64,000 nt of DNA, from positions 256,001-320,000 of the forward strand of contig JAEHCQ010000002.1 in the NCBI GenBank assembly GCA_020696385.1, given 5' to 3'. The notes under the pieces were generated by a model. That model saw only the letters and a list, made by a program, of their open reading frames with translations. It ran no database searches and had not been told where the DNA came from. Source of the DNA: Methanobacteriota archaeon (lineage in GTDB: Archaea > Thermoplasmatota > Thermoplasmata > SG8-5 > JAGLSY01). A program made the translations under genes and the position numbers. Numbering within the stretch: the stretch's first letter is position 1; each line of letters opens with the position of its first letter. This document shows, in pieces, positions 39,256 to 50,176 of the stretch.

Positions 39256-39668
39256 TACATTTAAAACTCAAGTGCCATCATTGCGGTGAAAGCTTGATGG
39301 ATGAGGATTTTGAGATTGATGAACACCCCAGTGTGAAAATTCTTGTTGCATCCAATGGGGATACAGGGATATTACATTTAAGTTCACGATATGGGAGCTT
39401 TAATAAGGAATCTGAAATAGATATACCAGATGGATATATTGTCAAAGTCTTTTGCCCACACTGCAAAGATGATATGAAGAGTAGCAGGTTGTGTTATGAA
39501 TGCAAAGCTCCCATGATCACATTTGAATCTATTCTTGGTGGATATATTCGATTTTGTTCTCGTTGGGGCTGCAAGAAGCATCTTGTTGAGTTCGAGAATT
39601 TGGAATCAGAACTTAGGGCATTTCATGCGAAATACACTCTCTCGCCTCAAGGGAGGGTGAAAAAATGA
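39252..39668 (+). CDS. Small Cys-rich protein of the redox operon (function unknown)
   Basis: ATG overlaps the upstream stop; CHHC, CPHC, CYEC, CSRWGC..H motifs; ATGA-coupled to the next gene. Confidence 0.8.
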   Translation: MIHLKLKCHHCGESLMDEDFEIDEHPSVKILVASNGDTGILHLSSRYGSFNKESEIDIPDGYIVKVFCPHCKDDMKSSRLCYECKAPMITFESILGGYIRFCSRWGCKKHLVEFENLESELRAFHAKYTLSPQGRVKK

Positions 39669-42600
39669 GTGTAAAAATTAAAAATAATGATGATCTAATT
39701 GAATTGAGAAAATCTATATTGAGTAATAAAGTTCAAGACAAACCTTGTATAGTGGTTGCAACTGGAACTTGCGGCATTGCCCAGGGTGCTGATAAGGTTA
39801 TTATATCTCTCAAAAAAAAACTTAAAGAACACGGTCTAGAAGAAAAAATTGAAATAAAAACAACAGGATGCCATGGCTTCTGTCAGATAGAACCCTATCT
39901 AACTATTTTCCCAGAAGATGTATTTTACACAAATGTAAAGCCAGAGGATTCAGAAGATATAATATCAAAAACCATAATTGGTAAAGAGATTATAGAACGA
40001 TTATTATATTTGGATACAAAGACGAACTCTACAATAATGAAGGAAAACGATATACCGTTTTATAAAAAACAAACAAGAAATATGTTAGAGAATAATATTC
40101 TTATAAATCCATCTAACATTGATGACTACATAGGCATAGGTGGTTATTCGGCTTTGGGGAAAGTTTTTAGCGGTATGCCTCCAGAAGATGTCATCGAGGA
40201 GATTAAAAATTCAGAGCTGCGGGGCAGAGGAGGAGCAGGATTTCCAACTGGTTTTAAATGGGATTTCTGTAGAAGAGCCAAAGGCGATATGAAATACATT
40301 GTCTGCAATGCCGATGAAGGAGATCCTGGCGCTTATATGAATAGAAATCTCCTTGAAGGCAATCCACATAGTGTTCTGGAAGGGATGTTGATCGGTGCAT
40401 ATGCAATGGGTGCTTCTGAGGGGATAATTTACATTAGACACGAATATCCACTAGCCGTAAAAACCATTAAAATCGCAATGGACCAGATGCGAGAATATGG
40501 ATTACTCGGGAAAAACATACTTGGCAGTGGTTTTGATTTTGACATAAGTATAGTTCCAGGTGCTGGCGCCTTCGTTTGTGGTGAAGAGACCGCATTAATA
40601 GCCTCGATCGAGGGAAAAAAAGGAGAACCCAGGCAGAGACCGCCTTTCCCGGCTCAGAAGGGGATATTTGGCAAACCCACGAATATAAACAATGTCGAAA
40701 CTTGGGCAAATATCCCACTCATAATCAATAATGGTGCAGAATGGTTTTCAGAAATTGGAGTAGAAGGAGCCAATGGTACAAAGATATTCTCTCTGGTTGG
40801 GAAGATAAACAACACTGGATTAGTAGAAGTTCCATTGGGCACGACACTAAAGGAAATGGTTTATGATATCGGCGGCGGAATACCCAAGGGCAAGAAATTC
40901 AAGGCGATCCAGACAGGTGGGCCATCTGGAGGCTGCATACCTGGGAATTTACTCTCAACTCCAATTGATTATAATAAATTGGCTGAAGCAGGCTCGATTA
41001 TGGGTTCTGGCGGTCTTGTTGTCATGGATGAAGACACTTGCATGGTGGATGTGGCAAAATATTTCCTTGGTTTTCTGCAGGAGGAATCCTGCGGCAAGTG
41101 CATGACCTGCAGAGAAGGGATCGAGAGATTATTGGAAATCGTAACTGATATTACTGAAGGTAAAGGTGAAATGAGTGATATCGATCTATTGGAGGAATTG
41201 GGTAATGTCGTGAAGGACGCATCCATGTGTGGACTCGGCCAGACCGCTCCAAATTCAGTGCTTTCCACATTGAGATATTTTATGGACGAATATGAGCAGC
41301 ATATCAAATACAAGCGATGCCCCGGTGTAGTATGTAAAGAGATCATATCCTCGCCATGCCAACATGTTTGTCCAATAGATACAGAGGCTCCTTTATATAT
41401 ATCATTGATAGCCGCAGGGCGGTATGAAGAGGCTTTCAACATTATCATGAAAGATAACCCCCTCTCATCGGTTTGTGCTAGAGTATGCAGTCACCCATGC
41501 GAGACAAAATGCCAGGCTGGTAAGTTCGGCGATCCTATTTCAATCAGGGGACTAAAGAGATTTGTTACAGATTATGCCCAGAAGAATGATTTGAAATACT
41601 TGCCTAAAAAACAAGAATCAAAGAAGGAAAAGATCGTGATTATCGGCTCAGGGCCAGCTGGATTGACTGCCAGTTACTACCTGGGAATGAATGGATATAA
41701 TGTTACGATTTTAGAATCCCAGCCCGTTGTGGGCGGAGCATTATCCATCTGTATACCTGAATATAGATTGCCTAAAGATATTCTAAATCATGATATTGAT
41801 AATATCAGAGAAATGGGTGTGGAAATAAAGAATAACATTACCGTTGGCAAGGATATTTCTTTCGAAGAATTAAGAAATAATTATGATGCAATATTCATAG
41901 CCACTGGCGCTCATAAATCTTTGAAATTGGGAATTCCAAATGAAGATGCCGATGGAGTTTTACATTCTATGGATCTTCTCAAAGATGCGAGTCTGGGAAA
42001 GGATATAAATATTGGACCTCGAATAGGAATTATTGGAGGGGGCAATGCGGCGGTAGATGTAGCCAGAGTGGCTAGCCGTCTTGCTGGCTGCGAAGAGGCT
42101 ACACTGATTTACAGGAGAACGAGGTCGGAAATGCCTGCTTTCGAAGAAGAAGTGGAGGCATGTCTCGATGAAAGCGTCAATATGCAGTTCCTAACCGCTC
42201 CAAAGAGTATATTGGCTGAAAATGGTAAGATGACTGGACTTGAATGTATCAGGATGGAATTGGGAGAACGGGATGCTTCCGGCAGAAGGAGACCGGTCCC
42301 AATCGAGAATTCTGAATTCATATTAGAATTGGACAACCTTATAATCGCAATCGGTGAACAACCAGATATTTCATTCTTGGATAAAATTGAAGGAATCAAG
42401 GTCACAAGAGGAAATGCTATCGGTGTTGATAAGGAAAAATACACAACAGGGATAGATGGAGTGTTTGCAGGAGGCGATGTGGTAACTGGCCCGAATACAG
42501 TTATAGAGGCAATGGGATCTGGGAAAGTGGTTGCTGGATTGATAGATAAATACCTTAAAGGGGAGCCTGTAGAACGTGAATACGAAATTACCAGACCATC

Positions 42601-42823
42601 AATGTATTTGGAACCTCCTGAGTTAACTGAAGAAGAAGTGGCAGAGGCAAAGAGGCCCATTATGGAATGCATGTCTGTAAATAGCAGAAGTTGCTCTTTT
42701 GAAGAAGTGGAATTAGGACTGTCAGAGGAAATGGCTATTAAAGAGTCCAGACGTTGCTTGAGATGTGATCTAGAAACCGAGGAAGGAAAGAAACAATTTG
42801 AACCCGCAAAGGAGGGGGCTTAA
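39665..42823 (+). CDS. NuoF/HydB-like FMN subunit fused to a GltD/NfnB-like FAD-NADPH domain
   Basis: Thioredoxin-like 2Fe-2S domain; LRGRGGAGFPTG, NADEGDPG, CGEETAL, SCGKC..CREG; then PC..VCP, CARVC.HPCE..C, GSGPAG, GGGNAAVD, YRR, GGD, RCLRC. Confidence 0.9.
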   Translation: MSVKIKNNDDLIELRKSILSNKVQDKPCIVVATGTCGIAQGADKVIISLKKKLKEHGLEEKIEIKTTGCHGFCQIEPYLTIFPEDVFYTNVKPEDSEDIISKTIIGKEIIERLLYLDTKTNSTIMKENDIPFYKKQTRNMLENNILINPSNIDDYIGIGGYSALGKVFSGMPPEDVIEEIKNSELRGRGGAGFPTGFKWDFCRRAKGDMKYIVCNADEGDPGAYMNRNLLEGNPHSVLEGMLIGAYAMGASEGIIYIRHEYPLAVKTIKIAMDQMREYGLLGKNILGSGFDFDISIVPGAGAFVCGEETALIASIEGKKGEPRQRPPFPAQKGIFGKPTNINNVETWANIPLIINNGAEWFSEIGVEGANGTKIFSLVGKINNTGLVEVPLGTTLKEMVYDIGGGIPKGKKFKAIQTGGPSGGCIPGNLLSTPIDYNKLAEAGSIMGSGGLVVMDEDTCMVDVAKYFLGFLQEESCGKCMTCREGIERLLEIVTDITEGKGEMSDIDLLEELGNVVKDASMCGLGQTAPNSVLSTLRYFMDEYEQHIKYKRCPGVVCKEIISSPCQHVCPIDTEAPLYISLIAAGRYEEAFNIIMKDNPLSSVCARVCSHPCETKCQAGKFGDPISIRGLKRFVTDYAQKNDLKYLPKKQESKKEKIVIIGSGPAGLTASYYLGMNGYNVTILESQPVVGGALSICIPEYRLPKDILNHDIDNIREMGVEIKNNITVGKDISFEELRNNYDAIFIATGAHKSLKLGIPNEDADGVLHSMDLLKDASLGKDINIGPRIGIIGGGNAAVDVARVASRLAGCEEATLIYRRTRSEMPAFEEEVEACLDESVNMQFLTAPKSILAENGKMTGLECIRMELGERDASGRRRPVPIENSEFILELDNLIIAIGEQPDISFLDKIEGIKVTRGNAIGVDKEKYTTGIDGVFAGGDVVTGPNTVIEAMGSGKVVAGLIDKYLKGEPVEREYEITRPSMYLEPPELTEEEVAEAKRPIMECMSVNSRSCSFEEVELGLSEEMAIKESRRCLRCDLETEEGKKQFEPAKEGA

Positions 42824-42824
42824 T

Positions 42825-43535
42825 ATGACAACATTCAGAATTGACGGTCTAGACGTTGAAGCAGAAGAGGGATGGACCATACTGGAAACTGCAAAATTCT
42901 ATGGAATAGATATACCAACCCTCTGCCATGATGATGGTCTCAGTCCCTATGGGGCATGTAGATTGTGCATAGTCGAGGTCGGTGAAGGAAAGAATGCGAA
43001 ATTGACATCCTCTTGCACAACACCAGCTCAGGATGGGATCAGGGTCAGAACCCACTCCAGAAGGGTGATGAGTGCCAGAAAGATTATAATAGAATTGATG
43101 GTCGCACGCGCCTCGGGCTCAAAGGCACTTCAGGATCTGGCAGTAGAATACGGTGTGCAACAAGTAAGATTCAAACTCAAGCATGATGATTGTATCCTAT
43201 GTGGACTGTGTGTGCGCATGTGTAAGGAACAAATGATGGCAGGTGCCATTGATTTCGTTGGTCGTGGCAAAGATAGACGAATAACGACGGCCTTCGATGA
43301 AAAATCGGATGATTGCCGCTTTTGCGGCGGTTGCATGTATATTTGTCCGATATGTGAGCTTAGATGTCAAGGTCCAGAACCACCTGGTGCCATTTGTGGT
43401 AGTTGCCTAGATATGGAGCCAACATGCTTGGATCATTATGATGATGCACAATGTTTCATGGCCGAAGATAGCTGTGGAACCTGTGTTAGAGAACCAATGA
43501 AAGGAAATTTAATAGAAGATAAAAAGGAGGAATAG
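42825..43535 (+). CDS. NuoG/HydA N-terminal-like Fe-S subunit (2Fe-2S + 2x4Fe-4S + Cys-rich tail), no catalytic domain
   Basis: IPTLCH...GACRLC.VE...SC; CILCGLCVRMC; CRFCGGCMYICP. Confidence 0.88.
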   Translation: MTTFRIDGLDVEAEEGWTILETAKFYGIDIPTLCHDDGLSPYGACRLCIVEVGEGKNAKLTSSCTTPAQDGIRVRTHSRRVMSARKIIIELMVARASGSKALQDLAVEYGVQQVRFKLKHDDCILCGLCVRMCKEQMMAGAIDFVGRGKDRRITTAFDEKSDDCRFCGGCMYICPICELRCQGPEPPGAICGSCLDMEPTCLDHYDDAQCFMAEDSCGTCVREPMKGNLIEDKKEE

Positions 43536-43537
43536 AA

Positions 43538-45112
43538 ATGTCATTAACAAAAACGAACGCAAGTGCAGCCACCCTATCAAAGAACAGAACACCAGGTGCG
43601 ATACAAAGTTCCAGTGGAATGTGCGCAACCTGTGTGGATGGATGTATAGGGATGTGCGAGATAGGAAAATCAGCCTACAGAGGCCATGAGGTAATATACC
43701 CTCAGCCATTTGGGATAATCACTTCGGCAAATGAAAAAGAATATCCTGTGGATATGTCTCATTTCACAATTCTTGGTGGAATAGAAGATCCTAAGGGAAT
43801 TGCAGCTGACAGTGATATAGCATTGTTCTCTAATGTGAAAGTTGAGCAGAGAATCGGAAATGGGATAAAGGTCAGAATGCCCCTAGTGATACCTGGACTT
43901 GGTTCAACAGCCATAGCGAAGAACAACTGGGAAGGATTGGCTATCGGAGCGGCACTAGCTGGCATTCCGCTTACTATAGGTGAGAATGTTTGTGGAATGG
44001 ACCCCAAATCTGAGATCGTGAATGGAAAAGTTCAACATTCACCAGAACTCGAATGGCGTGTTAACTTGTACAAAGAATGGCAGCAGGACGGATACGGGGC
44101 AATAGTTGTTCAGGCTAATGTAGAAGACACGAATTTGGGTGTACACGAGTATGCGATATCGAAACTCAATGTAGATGCTGTAGAACTAAAATGGGGCCAG
44201 GGAGCCAAGAACATTGGTGGTGAAGTGAAGATTCCAGATCTGAAAAAAGCACAATTATTGAAGGAAAGGGGATATGTGGTATTACCTGATCCATTCGATC
44301 CAATAGTTATTAAGTCCTTCGAAAATGGTAATTTCAAGGAATTTGAAAGACACTCCAGAGTCGGTATGGTCTCAGAGGAAGCTTTTGTGGCCAGAGTGCA
44401 GGAGCTCAGAGATCTGGGAGCGAAGAATGTTTTCCTCAAAACCGGAGCTTACAGACCACTGGCTTTGGCACAGGCGATCAAATACGCATCAAAGGCAAAG
44501 ATCGACATGCTGACGGTCGATGCCGCAGGTGGCGGAACTGGCATGAGTCCATGGAGGATGATGAACGAGTGGGGAATACCAGAAGTGGAACTCCATTCCA
44601 TGCTACATGACTATGTTGACATACTGGCCAAGAAGGGCGAGCATATTCCAGATATAGTCATGGCTGGCGGCTTTACCTTTGAGGATCATATTTTTAAAGG
44701 TCTGTCATTGGGCGCACCTTATGTCAAGCTAATAGGAATGGCAAGAGGTCCTCTCGCAGCTGCAATGGTTGGAAAGACTCTTGGAAAACGCATCAATGAA
44801 AATGATATGCCTGTTTATGTGGGTAGGTTTGGAAGCTCGAAAGAAGACGTCTTTGTCACGTCTGCTGAGGTTAAGGAAAAGCTTGGAGCAAGATTTGCGG
44901 ATCTTCCAACGGGTGCATTAGGCCTTTATACATATGTGGAAAGGCTCAATCAAGGACTCAGACAAATAATGGCTGGCAGTCGTAAATTCAGTTTAGAACA
45001 TTTGTCACGGGACGATCTTGCCGCATTGACAAAGGAAGCAGCTGAAATATCGGGAATTCCATGGGTCATGGATGTTGACAAAGACGAGGTCACAAAGTTG
45101 CTGGATAGTTGA
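43538..45112 (+). CDS. Stand-alone FMN-binding glutamate synthase-like protein (GltB synthase domain)
   Basis: N-terminal CATCVDGCIGMC; GEN, ELKWGQGAK..GGE, DAAGGGTG, AGG; no amidotransferase domain. Confidence 0.87.
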   Translation: MSLTKTNASAATLSKNRTPGAIQSSSGMCATCVDGCIGMCEIGKSAYRGHEVIYPQPFGIITSANEKEYPVDMSHFTILGGIEDPKGIAADSDIALFSNVKVEQRIGNGIKVRMPLVIPGLGSTAIAKNNWEGLAIGAALAGIPLTIGENVCGMDPKSEIVNGKVQHSPELEWRVNLYKEWQQDGYGAIVVQANVEDTNLGVHEYAISKLNVDAVELKWGQGAKNIGGEVKIPDLKKAQLLKERGYVVLPDPFDPIVIKSFENGNFKEFERHSRVGMVSEEAFVARVQELRDLGAKNVFLKTGAYRPLALAQAIKYASKAKIDMLTVDAAGGGTGMSPWRMMNEWGIPEVELHSMLHDYVDILAKKGEHIPDIVMAGGFTFEDHIFKGLSLGAPYVKLIGMARGPLAAAMVGKTLGKRINENDMPVYVGRFGSSKEDVFVTSAEVKEKLGARFADLPTGALGLYTYVERLNQGLRQIMAGSRKFSLEHLSRDDLAALTKEAAEISGIPWVMDVDKDEVTKLLDS

Positions 45113-45143
45113 TATTTGAAAAGGCCAAGGCAGCAGACAAAAT

Positions 45144-45175
45144 AAAAGGGCTCGCTGAAATGCGAGCCCATTTTT
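45144..45175 (+). terminator. Intrinsic terminator-like hairpin
   Basis: GGGCTCGC-TGAAAT-GCGAGCCC followed by ATTTTT. Confidence 0.65.
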
Positions 45176-45258
45176 CCTTTTATAAAAAATATTTAGGATA
45201 AATCATCAATTGATAAATTTGGTAAACGTTATATATCAATCCTGGTTTATTCACTCTC

Positions 45259-48204
45259 ATGGAAGACGACCGGGGAATTGAGGATAAAGATTTTAGGACC
45301 AATTTACACAGATCCTTCAATCTCATGAAATTCCAGATCGGTCGCATTCTTTTGGTGTCCAGTCTTTACGACGCCTTCACATTGGAAGAAGAGGGTTTAT
45401 TATCTGAGCAGATATCTGGAAAATATGAGGATATGGCTCTCTCATCTCCCCCGCGGATCAGCCGGGTGTCCACTGGTGAAGAGGCATTGCTCGAGCTCAA
45501 GGAAAGGAATTATGATCTAATAATCACCATGCCAAGGTTGATAGATACGGATCCATTTGAATTTGGAAACAGGGCGAAAGAGCTTCAGCCGGATATTCCG
45601 GTGGTCCTTCTGGTCATGGATAGGTCAGATATCCCAACATTTTACAGGTTAGGTCACCATGATAATATTGATAAGATATTCTATTGGAATGGAGATTCCA
45701 CTCTCTTCATGGCCATTATCAAGTATGTGGAGGATATGAAGAATGCAGAAAGGGATACTGAAACGGGTCTTGTACAGATCATCCTGGTCGTTGAGGATTC
45801 TCCCAGATATTATTCTATCTTTCTTCCATCTATATATATGGAAATAGTACATCAGACCCAATCCCTGATAGCCGAAGGCCTGAACGATCATGAAAAGGTC
45901 TTCAGAAAGCGAGCTCGTCCGAAAATATTGCTGGCAGAGAACTATGAAGAGGCCATGGACATCTACAGGAAATATAAAGAGCATATATTGTGTATTATAA
46001 CAGATGTTTCATATACCAGGAATGGAACAAGGGATGAAGAAGCTGGGTTCAAATTGCTGGACGAGCTGGATCCAAATGTACCGGTTCTTATCCAGTCATC
46101 TCATGCCGAATACAGAGCGAAGGCCAAAGAGTTGGGCAAAGTCTTCCTGGATAAGAATTCCAAAACACTTCTTCAGGATCTGAGGGATTTCTTCAAGAGC
46201 CATCTTGGCTTTGGTGATTTCATATTCAAACTACACAATGGTGAGCATGTCGGTCATGCCTCTGATATGGATGAGTTCATGGAAGTTCTGAGGAGTGTAC
46301 CATTAGAGTCGATAATCCACCACTGTAAGTCCCATCAATTCTCCAATTGGCTAATGGCCAGAGGAGAAGTTGACTTGGCTAAGAAATTGAATTCAAAGAA
46401 AATAACAGATTTCAAGACCGATGAGGAGTTGAGGCAATTTTTATTATTCGCCATAAATGAGGCTAGAACGGACAAGCATCGTGGGATAATGACTGATTTC
46501 CACCAACAGAAATTTGAATACCCCGATACTTTTACAAGACTTGGCGGGGGCTCCCTGGGTGGAAAAGGAAGGGGTATGGCTTTCCTCTCATCATTGCTTA
46601 AACGTAGTTATATACATAAGAAGATCAAAAATTGCAGTGTGAAGATCCCCGACACTATGATCATTGGTACCAACATCTTCGATGAGTTCATTGAATTCAA
46701 TAATATGTATGAATCTCTCAATAATGATCTTACAGATTCCGAAATATCAAATATTTTTCTCAATTCCAATCTGTCACCTGGAATCAAGGATTCCTTAAGG
46801 GAATATTTATCTATTGTGAGATGGCCCATAGCCGTTCGGTCTTCCAGTCTTCTGGAAGACTCCCAGAACCAGCCATTAGCGGGTATCTACTCCACCTTCA
46901 TGCTTCCCAATAATTGTGAAGACGAGGAGACCAGGGTGGAGCAATTGTGCCAGGCTATCAAGCTCGTTTATGCATCAGCTTTTTACAGATCTGCAAAAGC
47001 CTACATCCAGTCTACTGCCTACATCACCGAGGAAGAGAAAATGGCCGTCATTCTGCAAAAACTGGTCGGTAAAACATACGGCGCTAGGTTCTATCCAATA
47101 TGCTCTGGTGTTGCACAATCCATTAATTATTATCCTGTAGCTCCACTCAAACGGGATGATGGAATTGTAAGTGTAGCTCTTGGACTGGGGCACATAGTTG
47201 TTCAGGGTGAGCAGGCACTCAATTTCTCACCAGAGTATCCAAAAATCCCACAAGGTTTATCCACACCCGAGGAGGTATTGAAGAATTCGCAAAATTATTT
47301 CTATGCTCTGAATATTGACACAATAGGGACATGTTATGATTTTAGGATGGGTAAGGATATATCACTCGTCAAATCGCCTGTTTCAGATGCGGAGAAGGAC
47401 GGTACTCTGGATCATTTAGCTAGTACCTATGATTCCAATGATAATCGCATTAGGGACGGTGTGGGCTATCCAGGCCCAAAACTCGTAACATTTGCTGGTA
47501 TTCTAAATTACAATACGATGCCCCTGGTCAAAATAATCAAGGAGCTTCTGCAGATTGGGGGAATTGGCATGGGAAGCCCGGTGGAGATCGAATTTGCTTG
47601 CACGACAGATGATAAAGGCAATCTGGAATTCTATGTTTTGCAGATTAGGCCTCTAGTGGGCCAGAAAGATAAGAAACAGATCAAGATCAAGCAGAAGGAT
47701 ATTGATGCTTCATTCATCCACACGAACAAGGCCCTGGGCAATGGCACTCTAGAAGGAATTCGGGATATCCTGTTCATACCTCCAGACAGGTTTGATAATA
47801 CCAAAACTCTGGACATCGCTCAGGAGATTGGCCAGTTCAATAAGGAGCTAGCTGGCCGTCCATATCTCCTTATTGGCCCAGGCAGGTGGGGTACGAGGGA
47901 TCGCTCGCTAGGTATTCCGGTGGAATGGGATCAGATATCCAATGCCAGAGCGATCGTCGAAGCATCTCTGGAGGATTTCAGGATAGATCCATCTCATGGC
48001 ACTCATTTCTTCCACAATATCACATCACTTGGCATCATGTATTTCTCCATTCCTTATGGTACGGGAAAAGCTTACATGGATTGGGGCTGGCTCACATCCC
48101 GAACTCCAGAGACCAAGAAGGATTTTGTCATCCACATCAAGCTGGATGAGGATCTTAATATCAAGGTGGATGGGAGAAGTGGAAAGGGAATAATATCTCC
48201 ATAA
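45259..48204 (+). CDS. Receiver-like domains fused to a PEP synthase/PPDK-type ATP-grasp domain (dikinase of unknown substrate)
   Basis: REC-like segments (ILLVSS; ILVVEDS...ITDV); GGKG, AVRSS..ED..AG.Y, MAVILQ, EIEFA, LQIRP; short C-terminal domain GPGRWG..SHGTHF; no PEP/pyruvate TIM barrel. Confidence 0.8.
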   Translation: MEDDRGIEDKDFRTNLHRSFNLMKFQIGRILLVSSLYDAFTLEEEGLLSEQISGKYEDMALSSPPRISRVSTGEEALLELKERNYDLIITMPRLIDTDPFEFGNRAKELQPDIPVVLLVMDRSDIPTFYRLGHHDNIDKIFYWNGDSTLFMAIIKYVEDMKNAERDTETGLVQIILVVEDSPRYYSIFLPSIYMEIVHQTQSLIAEGLNDHEKVFRKRARPKILLAENYEEAMDIYRKYKEHILCIITDVSYTRNGTRDEEAGFKLLDELDPNVPVLIQSSHAEYRAKAKELGKVFLDKNSKTLLQDLRDFFKSHLGFGDFIFKLHNGEHVGHASDMDEFMEVLRSVPLESIIHHCKSHQFSNWLMARGEVDLAKKLNSKKITDFKTDEELRQFLLFAINEARTDKHRGIMTDFHQQKFEYPDTFTRLGGGSLGGKGRGMAFLSSLLKRSYIHKKIKNCSVKIPDTMIIGTNIFDEFIEFNNMYESLNNDLTDSEISNIFLNSNLSPGIKDSLREYLSIVRWPIAVRSSSLLEDSQNQPLAGIYSTFMLPNNCEDEETRVEQLCQAIKLVYASAFYRSAKAYIQSTAYITEEEKMAVILQKLVGKTYGARFYPICSGVAQSINYYPVAPLKRDDGIVSVALGLGHIVVQGEQALNFSPEYPKIPQGLSTPEEVLKNSQNYFYALNIDTIGTCYDFRMGKDISLVKSPVSDAEKDGTLDHLASTYDSNDNRIRDGVGYPGPKLVTFAGILNYNTMPLVKIIKELLQIGGIGMGSPVEIEFACTTDDKGNLEFYVLQIRPLVGQKDKKQIKIKQKDIDASFIHTNKALGNGTLEGIRDILFIPPDRFDNTKTLDIAQEIGQFNKELAGRPYLLIGPGRWGTRDRSLGIPVEWDQISNARAIVEASLEDFRIDPSHGTHFFHNITSLGIMYFSIPYGTGKAYMDWGWLTSRTPETKKDFVIHIKLDEDLNIKVDGRSGKGIISP

Positions 48205-48245
48205 TGAAGTGGTCAATGTTCTAGAATAAGATAATTGAAATATTT

Positions 48246-48272
48246 GCCCTGGCCTTTCGACCAGGGCATTTT
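48246..48272. terminator. Hairpin between convergent genes
   Basis: TGCCCTGG-CCTTTCGA-CCAGGGCA-TTTT. Confidence 0.6.
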
Positions 48273-48305
48273 CGTTTGCTCATATGATCATGGACTTATC
48301 TAAGC

Positions 48306-49661
<1,356 letters not shown>

Positions 49662-49918
49662 TTAATCATATCCTTTAATTTATATTGATTGACCATTATT
49701 AAAGGATGCCCCCTTATTGCAACGTGAGAAAAATTACGTCTATATAATGGAACGTTTTTAAAAAAAGACAATTTTAATAAAAGAAATTTTTGGCTCACCA
49801 AATTCTTACCCATTCATTTATTAGACCAGTTGACTGAGTCATTCTTCATCAGATTATCGATCATATTGGGGTCTGGTAGTGTGGATATATTTCCGACCTG
49901 ATCGTATTCATTGGCCTT

Positions 49919-50122
49919 GCTAATTCAGGTGGCCTGATAAGTTCATATGTGGAATACATTGGTGGTGATGAGAAACAGATGTTCGAAATGACCGAAAAAA
50001 TTGTGAGCAAAAATACTAAGGCGGTTCTGGACAAATCAAAAACAGATTTATGTTTACCAAGGGAATGTGCTTTGACAATAGCCAAGGGAAGGATGAGAAA
50101 AAGCGTAATTTCCAATCTCTAA
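49919..50122 (+). pseudogene. C-terminal remnant of a second Glu/Leu/Phe/Val dehydrogenase
   Basis: Manual translation: ANSGGLISSYVEYIGGDEKQMFEMTEKIVSKNTKAVLDKSKTDLCLPRECALTIAKGRM..., matching the AN(A/S)GGV.SS..EY...R..A..IA..R tail; in-frame stop at 49877-49879 upstream. Confidence 0.65.
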
Positions 50123-50176
50123 CAGATTATTAAAGCAGAAAAACTATAAATGGATGGAATGCTGTCCATTATTTAC

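Noticed and set aside
38716-43535. [FeFe]-hydrogenase, formate dehydrogenase or respiratory complex I
   Set aside because: No H-cluster motifs, molybdopterin domain or membrane Nuo subunits are present.
45259-48204. Canonical PEP synthase ppsA
   Set aside because: Lacks the C-terminal PEP/pyruvate TIM barrel and has extra receiver-like domains.
49861-50115. 84-aa minus-strand ORF
   Set aside because: It is the antisense of the GDH-like remnant on the plus strand.
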